This document shows positions 22,151 to 35,360 of a DNA stretch of 64,000 nt, in pieces. The notes beneath the pieces are model-generated. The model did no database searches, was not told the DNA's origin, and saw only the letters and a program-made list of their open reading frames with translations. Source of the stretch: Halocafeteria seosinensis (lineage: Eukaryota); NCBI GenBank assembly GCA_001687465.1, contig LVLI01000121.1:1-64000 (forward strand), in the 5' to 3' direction. Made by a program: the position numbers and the translations under genes. How positions within the stretch are numbered: the stretch's first letter is position 1; the number at the start of each line of letters is the position of its first letter.

Positions 22151-25100
22151 CTATAAACTTCGGTGATCCACATGTGGGCAATGCAGTCCTATACCGCTGC
22201 ACCAGGTAAGACACCGGGACAACTTCCCCTTCAGAGACAGTACACAGTTTCCAGAAACCGTACATGGTAGATCGGAATAAGTGACACGTGAAACATCAGC
22301 TCCCAAGTGGAAGGTTTCCACGGTTTGTGGCCCATTATAGGTCAACACACAAGCTGTGGCGTGCGCTAGTCCTCGCCTAGGCACTGGGCTGCCAAATTTA
22401 GTCCGATTCTTCTTCATACCATAGTACGCTTTAGACGCCTGAGAACAACATAACACGTCAAAGGGTGATAGCACAAGATAACATTATGACCCTCAAAAAT
22501 ATTATCTTGACGTACCTGACTCATAATGGCTCACCTCTTTATCCGTTTTGACACAACGGAAGCAACCTGGTCCTTGGTTTGGATCTGATGGATCGACGTG
22601 TCTTTAAGCGCGAGAGCTACCAAGACGTGTCTCCATTGGAATTAACCGTAACAAAGACTATTAGTTTACAGAAAACGCCGAAGCCAATGCTGAATGTTTG
22701 CATCTTCGGAGTCGTTTCGATTGCAACTGCGTGGAAGAACAGGGAACGTGCGAGCTCGCGACCAGAATAGACTGAAGCCCCGTCGAAATCGTCGACACAG
22801 ATGGCACCAGCTGAGATAAGGTATACATCAAAACCCTCGTACTGATAATGCATTCCCTCCCGTAATTTTGATGGACCCCTACCCGAAGGATGCATTGATA
22901 GTAGGTTTCCATGTTGACGTCATCTCCTCAGGTAATTGCATCTACAATGTAGCTTTCCGCAATAGGAGTAGGGTTATCGGAGAGTATGTATTCGTCTGTG
23001 ATTGCTGCCCTGTTGAGAAAAACGCAATATTTCCTTAAAGCAGTCGCAATTTAAGGATGCCTGCTCAAAACGAACACTGAACCTTCAATAATTTGTCTGG
23101 TGCGGCTTGTCTGCAGCCCGAGTTCCGCACCGACTGTACTCCCCTTACAACAGTCCAGCCAATTCCTCTAAGAGCTGTGTGAGCATACTGCGCCAATTTT
23201 TTTTTGTGTCAAATTTGACATCTTCATTGGGGATTTAGGTATGCGGCCAGTACAGATTTGTCCAGCAGTTGCAGTAAGTCGGAATACAATGTTCGATGTT
23301 GGAGCGTCCAGCGCCAGCATGCTGCACGGGCTTTCGATTCGCAAAGCCATATGGCTCTGATAAAAAACATCGCGTTCTGGTATAGCTTTTAGAGCTCCAT
23401 CCCATATCTTACTGCCGCTTCTAGCTGACTTTGCATTGTCACCTAGTCAATCCTTGAAGCACTTTGGTGTCTTTCGAGCAATTGCTTAAGGAGACGCTTC
23501 TGTATTATTGACCTACAAAAAACTGTGAATTTATTCACGGTAGAATGTCCAAACCATCCAAATGCGTAGTGCCCTGGACTATGTTGTGTTAACGGCAGGT
23601 GACTCGTCTTCAGTACGGGGCGGTCGATTAGGGCTCCAGTTGTCCTTCGCGTTTCGTGGTCTCCAATAATGTGTACGTACTGTTAACAATTGTTTCACCT
23701 TATCTTTACAGCAGGTTACAATAATCCTATTAGGTCTAGATAGGCAATGCGCACCAAATCATGTTGCCTTTCATCAGTTTGAGGAGTCTAGGAAGTGCTC
23801 GAAGGCGGTTTACGGACACCCTGTACCCTTCAAGCAGCCATTAGTCTTTGGTCTCAGAGCCTCGATCCGGAGGAGAAAGGGCACAAGAAGAACACCCTTA
23901 TATTTTCATAGGCATTGGGGCGCTATGTTGCGAAGTCGTCGGGACTCAATACGAGTGCTACTTTTCCTAAAACCCGGTTACCAGGAGTTTGCTTGTTTCT
24001 CAGTTTTAGATCGGTCTTTTCGTGCCATGGAACAGGAACGATGAAACTGAATACGGAAGGCATTTACCGTGCACCAGAAAGCATATCCCATCTGGAAGTT
24101 TGACATGCCGTGATCGCAGCTGGTTGCAGGTGGTGGTTCTCTATCCGCTTCTGGGAGGTAGTTCTCCATTGCATTGGAATCTCCAGCTAAGTCTGCTTCA
24201 TATAGGAGCAATACTATGATTCCATGGGTTTAGTGCATCGGTAACGGTATTTAGCTTTATTTTGGGTCAAGTTGCGTGCGTGGAAGCGGAGAGCTTTGCG
24301 GAGTAACAGCAGTGCGTAGCAGTTCATGCAGATGCGCGCGGCAAATGACTAGGATGTTGTAATTCCGTCTTTGCATGTTATTTCGTTTGTTGCTACAGTT
24401 TTTCCTAGTAGTTCCAATACTGCGGACTTGCCGTTGGCTGAAAACTCGTTTGGTTCAAAATCTGAGCTGTTCCAAGCGATTGCTCATATGTTGCTGCTCG
24501 GAATCTACGCACACGGAAAGCTTATCGGCACCACATACAAAAAAGATTTAAGCCATCCCGATTACTTGATTCGAAGATAATTTCTGTTCAGACGTGTACC
24601 CGCTTTTACTTCCATTTTCTAGTGTTTCTGTAGTTGTCTCATTGCGTCCGGTTATACTTTCATGAGGTTGCTACATATCGTGAGTTTTCAAATCTCTTTA
24701 TAAATCATCGTATCGCTGAAATCCAGGCCTCTTCTTGGAAATACTCCGAGAGGTGGAGGGGCTGTTTCGCTTCCACCGCTCTACCTCCATCGCTGTCTGT
24801 TTTCCCGGTTTCCGGGGGAACGTGATGGCTGCCACAAAACACATCCGAGGGTGTCAACTCCTCGCTGCCGCCATCGGTACAAACGCGCAAATCATTGAAG
24901 AGGTCTCAACCGGAGTTGGCCTTCGGGGAAGTAGTTGGTGATGGACTTGTAGCTGAACGAAGTTCCTAACGGCGAGGCGAATACATGTAGCAAAAAATCC
25001 CCTTGAATCTTTCCCTCTATTCCATTCGTGAGTCCATTCTACAGTGCGGGCATTATATGCACGTATTTCCATGCATTCTATCCAGCTACCTCGCACTTCA

Positions 25101-26680
25101 TGTAGCAAGGCGGACGCGAACAACCCAGCGGAGTACTTTTTTGACTCACGCTTCGTCGGCGAGTCCAAACGCCGGAGCGAAGCACCAGGCGCTTCCCCAT
25201 AATACGCAGTTCCATCGCGGTATTGTTGAAAGGCGTGGGTTGGACTATGTCATTCGTAGGATTGGTATAGGCTCTTTCCAAGGGAAGTGGAAGCGTGAAG
25301 GCTGACCTGAGAACATATTATTACGGAGGTCAGTAATAAACTCCACATCACTTGCCAAAGCTTCGCTGAAAGTATATACACATTTTTTGCAGGTGTCTGG
25401 GAAGTGAAATACAACCGCCGCTTGTGGATAAGGACTGGTTGATGGAATGACTCACAGCTTACGTCGGAAGGAGAATCGTAATCTGTAGGCCACAGGCGTT
25501 ACAAAGTAAAGTGTATTGGCATTGTCGATTGTAGCGTGTTTGCCTCAATTGTTCTTTGTAAACTACAGGGTATATGTATTGCTTCGCGTTGCCGCACGAA
25601 AATGGACGTAAAGGCAATCCGTGGAAGACTGGAATTGAGGAGGAACTGAACCGACTAGCCGGAAGTGGATTAACGATCGTGCTTTTGAACACACAACGTC
25701 GACAATGCTAAGGAAAGCATCAAACTGGAGAGAGATTCTTCTCGGAAAAGTGTACAATTATCACACGCCAAATACAGTCTCCTCTGCACTGCGATGTATT
25801 TGATGACGAGATCATCTCCGTCGCTCCGGGAACTGGAATCGGCTGCAACTCAGCAGCTCCTGTAAGCATGCAAGAATTTCAGAATGTATTGCGCATAGAT
25901 ATGCCTCACAAAACATCATCGATCAAAACGTGCATGCAGGATACAAAGATGTAGAAAGGAGTGCCAATAAGTCGTCGGTGTCTTGCCTTGGGGGGTGTGT
26001 GCCTCCAAAACCGCTACGTTTGGCAGCGATCCACAGAAAAATATTGAAGCAATCGTAAGCCGTCCCCGCTACAGGTATATATGAGCAGTACAATAATTTC
26101 TTTTCACGTAAGAAATTTAGCAATTCGACGCTTGATTTCTCTGAATCCTGGATTAGAAAGTGGGTAGATGCCCTTTACCCCTGGGTTCCGAGCGGGTTTG
26201 GGACAGCATTTGTTGTTTCCACCAAGGAGGATGATTCGGGATAGCATATGGTGCAATTACATGCAATTTTCTGATACTTTAGCAGTTCTGTAGTGTGCAT
26301 AGAGGAGAAGGGACGATATGCGGAGTGTAATTTTAGGACCGTCAGCAAGGATGAGGACGGAGTACAGCACGATACAGCACAGAATCCCTGGGAGGGTAGC
26401 ACAATAACAGTATTGGCAGTAGACAGCGGATGAAGTGCGTAGGAGACTCTATTTCCTGTGGCGCTATCAGTATGTTGTTGAAAATCTACCTGTATGTCGC
26501 TGGTAGAGATGTAAGAAGTCTGTCCAAAAAAATTGTTGGTTTCGCGTCCCGTCTTGGCGAAGTCGGTGCCACGGGTGCTGGTAGGGCACAGCCTGATAGC
26601 GGTAGTTTACAGCAGCATTAATGAATCCAGTTCCACCAATACAATAGAGGAACTTACAGTCAATTGCAGTGGAATGTTGC
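22151..26680 (-). pseudogene. Possible decayed multi-exon gene or spliced non-coding transcript
   Basis: No ORF above about 110 aa, yet intron-like minus-strand GT..AG segments of normal size (22439-22515, 23010-23082, 25397-25462) and protein-like frames broken by stops. Confidence 0.25.
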
Positions 26681-26937
26681 AAAAAAAATCATGTCTCCAA
26701 ATCAGTCGCTCAGGTCTCTCCGAGTCTCGTCCCGAAGACGTGTTCTACGCTTCAACTGTTGGCTTGAAACAACACAAATGCGACTGCACGGTCAGTCAGA
26801 CTCAGTCTGCACTTGTACCAGTTCATCGCAGTGAAGACTCTAGTACAACCGAATACTGATTTGACCGACCGCATAGAAAATATTGGGGCACTGAAGTTTT
26901 TTCTTTGCGAGTCCTCCTTGAGTAACCACCCCAACCT

Positions 26938-28967
26938 ATGCCACGATTCCATACACTAGAAGAGGAGGATGAGGAAGAAGAGCCACACCACTCCAGTGCT
27001 AGTACTAGGAGAGAGCGATCCATCGAGTCGCTCATGCTATCAAAGGCTATATTTGTGTGCACTGGATTGGCTCTCCTGATACTAGTCGTCGTCTCAGTGA
27101 TTGGTTTCGCAGAACGAGATAAGCAGCGTGGGTGGAGAGGACCAGGAATTGTCACACATTTACCGGTTCCGACATCGAAACCTCGCGATCCTGGGAACTC
27201 TCCTCATTCACATGATCCCTATGACTTGAACTCGGCGGCGCATGCCAAATTCTCACGTCTACTAGAAGCGGACAGCAACGTGGGAATTGCAGGTTCGAGC
27301 GACAGCTCAGCAATGAGCATGCGTTTGGTTCCATTAACTCAAACAAATCAAACTAAGAATTCAGAAAACTGGAAGGATTTCACATATTTCAATGAACTTG
27401 ATGAACCCGTATGGCTACTTCATATCAGATCAGGTGGAACGCGAATTGTAAGGAATGCTGACAGAGTAAGCTCCCTACGGTTTACACTGTATCTGGTACG
27501 CTATCGGTAATCCACTGACTCGTGATGTTTTCTTCCGCAGGTTAGAAGGAAGGAGGAAACCAAAGTTGCTGATTCCAAAGAAGGGACCATTAAAACATGC
27601 CAGCAAATAGATGTTCGGGGTCTCCCGGCACTACATATCGTAAAAGTCACTCCGTACATTCATGAAGTAAGGCAGTCAGTACGCGGTCCACACCGAGCCA
27701 GTGCAACCTCTGTCAACCCCACGAATTTTATTACTACAGAAGACGTCAAGTGCTAACATAGTGGACAGAATGTTTTTGTCATCTTGTCAGAAGTTTTGTC
27801 GCCGAATGCCGGCATCTATTCCGGGCGATTGCGAGACTGATTGTAGTGTCTGTACGAAGATGCTATTGACGTACGAAAATGGAGCCAGATCGTATGAGTT
27901 TCCCTCCCTAGCAGGAGTACGCATCGGAAATACTACAATACATAAATCTTTAATGCTAAACGTTGAGTACCACGTTCCGAATGAGACGGTGATACCATCA
28001 GGTTCGTTCCTGAGTCTGTGCGTTAGATTGACAAGTTTCGCGTTAGTACTGCTTTTTCGTTTTTGCTTTACATGCAGATGGTTGGATGGACTCTTCAGGC
28101 TTTGTTCTTCATGTCACACCAAATTTAAGGAAGTACGACACTTTGCCCGTAAGATGGACCACCGAGAGTAACGGACATGGCGGATCTGAAAATGTGTGGA
28201 ATAGCAAAGCCTTATATTATACATTCCAGAAACAATTTTGGCATGTCCCTGCGTCTCAGCTACGCGGCTTCCTCTACAGCATGCGTACAAACTCGTCCTC
28301 AACGAAGTTTGGCTTGGCACAGCCTCGGCAGAAACCATCAATCAACAAGAAGCACGGATGCAACTTGAATGTAGTCTCCGAGCTGCAGTCGCTGAATGAC
28401 TATACGCAATTTAGTGTAGGAGGCATTCCAAGCGGAGAAGGGGAATTTGCGGCACGTCCGTCTGATGCTGCTTCCTTTATTCCTACAGGAATTCCACTAG
28501 AAGAAGCCAGAAAGAAGATGTCCAAAACAGTCGTCAGCAGCGAACATCCTGAACATCACAGGGGATTATTGAACGTTGGGCAGTGCAATGACAAGGAAGT
28601 ACTCTGTCAGTCCTCCAACACATCATTATACTTCAGGGAGAAGATGTATCAACCCCTGCCAATCCGTCCTGGAGACGCGTTGCTGAAACAGTGCGGGGAT
28701 ATGGAGGGAAAACGCCCAAATGAATGCGTACTCACGATGTATATTTACCCTGTAAAGGGAAGTGAGGAATTCCCTCCTCCCATAAATGCTGTGGGCACAG
28801 GTGCGCAAGCTAGAGATAACGGGACTTGGTATGAGTACAGTAAACCTACCGGTAACGTGGAACATTCAACGTACTGGACAAATCACTACCATACCAGCCC
28901 TATGTCACCACTATCCTCAGCTAATTTAACCTGTAATTTTTCTACGGGAAGGTGGAATGTAGTCTGA
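26938..28967 (+). CDS. Type II membrane protein, copper type II ascorbate-dependent monooxygenase (DBH/MOXD1) homologue lacking Cu ligands
   Basis: TM helix near N-terminus; introns 27466-27540, 27667-about 27739, 28002-28077; motifs HIVKVTPYI, YEFPSLAGVRIG, LMLNVEYH, DSSGFVLHVTPNLRKYD, IRPGDALLKQC, NECVLTMYIYP follow the DBH/MOXD1 order. Confidence 0.78.
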
Positions 28968-29021
28968 TGTCTCATGAGGGTTGCACAGTGCAACTTGCGC
29001 CAAGGGACTCGCGTCAGTGGT

Positions 29022-29702
29022 TCAGTCTGTTTTCTTTCCAGCGGCTTCCTGGCTGTCATCTCGTTTAGCATTCACTCCATCCGTAAGATAGCCTACCAGA
29101 GGATACTTCATTTCAAATTTTTGGACCTGTTCAGAATGACACAAAAATCGCATAGTTGCAGCTACAACACCAACCACAACGAGACAACCACATACCCAAT
29201 CGTCCAGCGTGTCTTTTTCACCTTGGGACAAGTCGGACCAAGAGCGTTGGTCCCATTTTGAAGGGTCCAATTCCATCGTAGCAAGCCCAATAGTGGCATC
29301 TCTGCGTCGTCAGATCACCATACCATATGTGTATGTACCATACAAGAAAACTGCTAGATTCCTAAGCTTAGACGCGTACCTTCCCGCAAAGCAATGGTAG
29401 GGTCCTCCGGGGCCGTAGAACCCCGTAGACTCGCTCATATCGAAAACATTGCCCGAGACGCCAATGTAAATGGACTTTTCCCCTTGCCCTGTATACTGCT
29501 CAAGTTCGGCTTTGGTGAAATTTCGCGGTTTGGGAGCTGACTTCCCTTTTTTCTCGTTCGAGGGTGGTAAGGAGTAGGTCCCAAACAAATAGTCCGTGAT
29601 CTCTCTTCCGGCTAGAATGTATAATACGAGAAAGAATATGCCAAATGCGAGTAGTATGGGCAATATTTGATCATTAAATGAGATTTCTCCCAGTTCTGCC
29701 AT
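29022..29702 (-). CDS. MAPR family cytochrome b5-like heme/steroid-binding protein (PGRMC/Dap1-like)
   Basis: N-terminal TM; FTKAELEQYTG, IYIGVSGNVFDM, FYGPGGPYHCFAGR|DAT, LDDW|VQKFEMKYPLVGYL; two introns. Confidence 0.92.
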
Positions 29703-29899
29703 TTCTTTCGTCTCGCACTACAATTACAAACACACAGTAAAAATAAATGAATTATGCTTGTTTTTTTGATATATTACATGGTATACAATCAGTACGGACA
29801 CGGTGTATATATTATACAAGGAGATAATGACGTAGAATTGTCCAACTTCAACTTGGTGCCCTGCTGCCCTTTATTCACCTTATTATACACGTTCCGAGG

Positions 29900-32565
29900 A
29901 TGTCAGCTCGACAGCGACGCATTATACAGAAGCTGCGTGAGCAGCAGCAGCGGCCTGTGGACGAAAATGGAACTGCCACCTCGAGCGAAGAGGAAGAAGA
30001 AGAGGAGCAGGAACCTTCGGGAGGTGTCCGGTTCGATGTAAGTCGTATACAGCTTTATACCGTGCTTTCACACCCCTGTTTGCACTTCAGCCAAGTTGTA
30101 TGTGTCCATATGGTACCTGTGGTGCAGCTCTTGGATAGCTCGGATGAAAGTGGGAGTGAAACAGAGGAGGAGAAGGATTCGGGTCCCACTGCATTGACCT
30201 CTTCTACAGCTATAAATGCATCTACAGGCGCCCCTCGGCACAACCCTAATAGTAACAAGAAGAGGAATAAGAATAAAAAGAACAAGAAAGCTGCCGCGGC
30301 CGGTCGCGCCACGCAGGAGGATGAGGAAGAGGACCTGGACGCCTTGAAATCTGTCGGGGAGAGCACTTCTAGCGCTTCCATTGGACTAGATGCATACAGT
30401 ATCGAAGATCTGGTGAAGTACGGTTTAATTACTCAACACATGGTATGGGACGGGCTCTTGAGGATAAAGAAACCGGATTTGAACCCCGATAATGAATTCT
30501 CGAGACGACTGGGCTCGTTTCGCCATGCGTTCGAAGAAGGGGGAGACGAAGATGATGAAGGAGCTGCAGCTGCCGGAGGAGGTGCTCGGCGCAGACAGCG
30601 TTTAAATCGACGCGGTGGGGCAAGAGGAAGAGGCAGAGGAAGAGGAGGTCATACTAGAGAAGCTAGGGGAGGACCTTCTGTGCTGCTGAAAAAGAAAGAC
30701 TACCATATGGTTCCGCCAACATATGTGGACGATGGAATTTCTATGCAAATGGACGACGAGAAACAAGAGCAGTATATGTTGTCTTGTCGCACTAATTCAG
30801 TCACGGAAGCCTCGTGGAAAGATACGCATTCAATAGAGAAAACAACTCGGAGGTTTTTCAAGTATCTCTTCTCTCCAGGCTATTCGCGGATTCAAGAACA
30901 GTACATCGCCGCGGCTCAGACATATGACCCACATTCAGTTATGCGAGTTTATGCAACTTATCCCTATCATGTAGACACATGTCTCCAGCTTGCCGAAGTC
31001 TACAGAGCAACTGGGCAGCTAGAGGAAATGGGGAAAATGCTTGAACAGGCATTGTGTACCTTAGAGAGTGCATGGCACCCACTTTTCAAGCCATGGGAAT
31101 ATCCATCCAGGTGTTTGTGGAATTGCACGGAGAATCGGTAAGTACAAAGGGTTGCGTCTGGTACTATGTTTTCATCAAAGCATACCTGAAGTATTTGTAT
31201 CATACAGTTCCCTTTTCACTACACTTTACCGGCGTATGAGCACCGTGGGTAAATCGGGTGCTGTACAGACAGCCTTCTCGTTGGGCAAGTTACTGCTTTT
31301 ATTGGATCCGGCGAAAGATGCTGTTAGGACCTCTCTATGTGTTGACTATTTTGCTCTTCGCGCAAGAGAATATTCATGGTTGATACGCTTGACAGAACCA
31401 GTCACCCGTGCCGCAATGACTGACGCGGCTGTACCGGACCGATTTCTTCCAGACGCCCTATGCCTCGGTCTAAGGACGAACGCTCCTGAAAAAGCTCCAA
31501 TGATTCTCCTGCCGAACTTGTGCTACTCACGAGCTCTAGCTTTATACCATTTGTGCGATAGTGATGAACCTCTACGTGCCGGCCGAGGGTGCAGCCAAGA
31601 ATACTTGGCGTTCGGAGTTCTACCCTCGGACTCCTCATGCAGCCCGGAAAATTCGCTACTACGGGCGACTACAGCACTGGTTAATGCGATAATATTGTAC
31701 CCTGAAGTAGTTTTACGTATTCTTGAGAAGCTCGAAATTACCCGGGATGATGTAGGGACCCGTAAAATAGGAACGAGAGACAGCGATCAAACTGTCGGTT
31801 TGAAACAAAGGATTCATGAATTTGCTGAATCGTGGGAATCCAGTAGCCTTTGCCAATGGAAAACGGTCCTCGAACACGACTTATTTGCCCACCCTGAAGA
31901 AACAGCGTTCGAGATGGTGCGATGCGCCTCGGGCGCAGAAGCTGAAGAAGCCCCAGTGACAAGTTGTGATTCGAGTTATGCGCGTATAGTTTCAAGTTTT
32001 GGAGAAAGGCATGTTGAATGCTGGAAAGAATCCAATATCCTAGCGTGGTTGTATAATTGTTGCCGAACGGCCATGACTGCCGTAGATATGACTCGAGGCC
32101 TCGCAGATGCAAATAGCGCATATTATTCAAGTGTTTGGCATATTTTTGGTATTGAGGCTTCTCAAACCGTCGTTACGATGCTATCTACAAAAATGTTATT
32201 AACGGGTTCCGAAGCATGGGAATTCTTCAGGCAAGAGACTCTTGCGAGTCCTTTGGACGAGCGAACAATGCGAGCTGAGTTCGGCTATTTTGGCGATCCT
32301 ATTATTTCTGGTATGTACAGCAGGGTTTCACTCCCATTGAATTGACTCATGTTTGACTGCTCCATTCGATCATGCAGAATACGGAGACACAGCTAATGTC
32401 AATCCTGAAGAATTACAGCAACCCCAAGATGAATTTGGCCATGGGCAGGTGTTTGGAGCTGCACAAGAGGTTGACGCAGACCAGAATGCTTTGAGGCTAT
32501 TTTTCGATACGTTGCTCCCGTGGAATGTGATACCCAGAGATGGCAGGAATGAGTTCGATGAATAG
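29900..32565 (+). CDS. TCF25: TCF25/Rqc1 ribosome quality control factor
   Basis: MSARQRR start, Lys-rich N region, YPYHVDTCLQLAE, ENR, LLLLDP..VDYFALRAREY, LPNLCYSRALA, C-terminal NALRLFFDTLLPW; three introns. Confidence 0.88.
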
Positions 32566-32618
32566 CTTGTAATACACAACAGAAAATTTCATGTTGACCC
32601 TAGTTCTATTTTCCTGTA

Positions 32619-34955
32619 TCATGAGGCGAGTTTACTGCACTGGACTTTATGCTCCTTAGCAATTGTGCTCGAATCTTCTATAAACGGCTTGACTCGATTA
32701 CCTTGGTCATCCACCCCAATAACCGTGCGCTCGACCCAATCGTTCACAAACACGTTGTTCGGGTCTTTCCAGAGTCTTAAGCGTTTGAATTGCCTCCATT
32801 GCGGGTACGCACGCGACAAATCAGTCTCCGTGAATCTGAAATTCTTTGCCCAATGAGGCCGCCCTCCTAATGATGTCATCAATTCCTCAAACTCATCAAA
32901 ATACTCTCTGTAATTGACCACAGCACCATAAGGCCTGTACATGATAATGCCGATGAACGCGCTCACACGTCCATAAGATGGCGAAATCCAGATATCATCC
33001 TGATCTACGAAGCGTACCTGGGCCCATAATTGTCAGAATTTACGCGTAGTAAGGCAGCGCGGTAACCATACATGTGCAAAATTTTGCTTACTTCGACCGG
33101 AAAATGTACACGGTACTTCTTGCGGTCAATAACAGATCTCAGCTTTCTTAAGGCCTCACACACATTTTCAACGGGAATGGACCACTCATCAACATGTCTG
33201 AAGACGCAGAATACCACACAGCCCCTCTGATAGGACTCTTCGTACAATTCAATAGATTTTCCGAGGAACTCACTGTTTGAACAAGCAATTAAAGTTAAAC
33301 TGTTGATCGCTCCGACCGACGCTGCTTCGTTCCCAAGAAAACAGCACGCGTCTCCATGTCTTGTTCACCCACGGTATAATGAACGGGATGTACAGGCCTG
33401 TACAAGTTGCGAAGACAATCTAAGGGACATCTTATTAATATACATTCCAGTAATGTCAATCCTTACCTATCCACAACATGAACTGAAAGAGGTGAAAGCC
33501 GAAAACAGTAAAAACCAACCACGAAAACCATTCGTAAATCCATTTCTGAAACCGAGAGAGTAAGCGGTCTGAGCTAGTCCTGTTGACGTAAGGTTTAGTT
33601 CGGTAGCCTCTCCATTCCCACGCGTAGTCTGCAAACGTCATAAAGAAACTCGAGAATTGTCTCTGGGTGGTAGAGTGGCACTGCTGCATGCTCGTACCTG
33701 TGTGAGGGAACCAAAAGAATCTATAGTGGTCGGCTGAGGCCATTCTGTCGTCCAAAGAGTTAAGCACGTCTTCTAGCTTCGCTGGGGATTCATAGGCACA
33801 TATATCGAACGCCGGACAACACTTAAGTTCCACCTTCGTGATGACTCCCATCACGCCGATACCGCACAGCGCAGCCTTGAATAATTCTGCGTGGTAGCAA
33901 ACGGGAGATGCTTCAAGATTTGCGGGCCCTTTCAAAACCCCCAACGTGTACGTTACCTACCTGTGTTCTTTTCATTCGACGCCGTCGTTATTTTGCCATT
34001 GCCTAAGACTAACTCAAGCTTGGTGACGCACGTAGCCATAATACCGAAGTGGATTCCGGTACCGTGGGTTCCTGTGGCAAGGGCTCCCGCCAGTGACTGG
34101 TCACTGATGGATCCTAAATTTTGCACAGCAAGTCCGTGGTAGTGCACCGCCTCATGCAGGTCCTTTAAGGTAATGCCGGCTTCTACCTGCATTATCAGCA
34201 CAACTTTGAAATTGTCTACGGAAAGTTGGAAGAAACTTAACAAACATGAGGAACCTTACCTCCACAGTGCATGCTCTCGTATCCACCGCAACGATCCGAT
34301 TCATCCGCGATAGAGATATTACGACATCGGATGACATGGCACTGTCATTAGGTGAATGCCCAGCACCAATCACTCGAATTGTCTGCTGCCTACTTCTGTC
34401 TCCAGATCTTCCTCCAAGGTTTTGGTTGACTAGAATCGCTTGTTTCACGATCCTCTGAATTTCAGCCACGGAAGACGGCCGGTAGAACTTGGATGGAGAG
34501 CATTCATGTGTTAACGCCCATGTTTTCACTTGTGTATGTTCATAACAGGAAGCTCCCGTTTCCTTCTCCACTTTACATGAACTCTTGGAATTCTCAAATT
34601 CCAAAGGCTGCTGCCTGTCATAGTATTCCCTTTCAGCCTCCGTGAACACATGCTCGCGTGCTATATCTCCAACGGAATCATCGTAGAGGGGACCGTGAGG
34701 GGTATTAATATCGTCCATATCCTGAGAAGAGGTAGCTTCCAATTCCAATTCCTCGTCTGTCATTTTGGGTTCCACATCCGGTTCTTCCATCGCTCTCTGT
34801 TGTTCTCCGTGAACCCTCCTGCTATAGGAAGCTGGTGTGGAGGAAACTCTCCCTTTAAGCGCCGTGGGCGGTGGTGGGGCCTCCGTATCCAATTTAAATG
34901 GCCATGAGAACAGGGACATTATCCGAGAGGAATTCTTTTCCTCAGAGGAAGTCAT
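32619..34955 (-). CDS. GULO: L-gulonolactone oxidase / D-arabinono-1,4-lactone oxidase (VAO-family flavoprotein)
   Basis: IRVIGAGHSPND (covalent-FAD His), VEAGITL, QNLGSISDQSLAGALATGTHGTG, VHFPVE|VRFVDQDDIWISP, GGRPHWAK, DPNNVFVN; several introns. Confidence 0.88.
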
Positions 34956-35360
34956 TCTCTTCTCCTCGTTCTACTGTATAATATATGGCACTCTGTTCGT
35001 CCACTGGTATTGCTTTGTATGTGTATACAGGACGCTCTTACGCAAGAACGATAGAGATATGGATGGATGGATGATGTGGAGCTATTGATCAGCCATAAAG
35101 GAGAATTGGGAACTCTTTATTCATTCATTAATATCATCCACAAACGCTGATCACGGCCACAGTTATTGAGTATCCTGGTATATACCGGGTATTCGATTGC
35201 TCTCCTCTTCACAACCTCATTCACATGTCAGATGTGAATTGAATTCTATGGAGAAAACAACAACACGTGTCTACAGGAACTTCTCTGTGTTGGCTATCTC
35301 TATCACTTCTAGCCACGATATTATGCACTATGAATAGTATACCCCCTCCCCGCGGTCATT

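Noticed and set aside
30038..30127. Stop-free 90-nt intron in TCF25 read through by the ORF track
   Set aside because: Canonical GT-AG intron; no evidence for functional retention.
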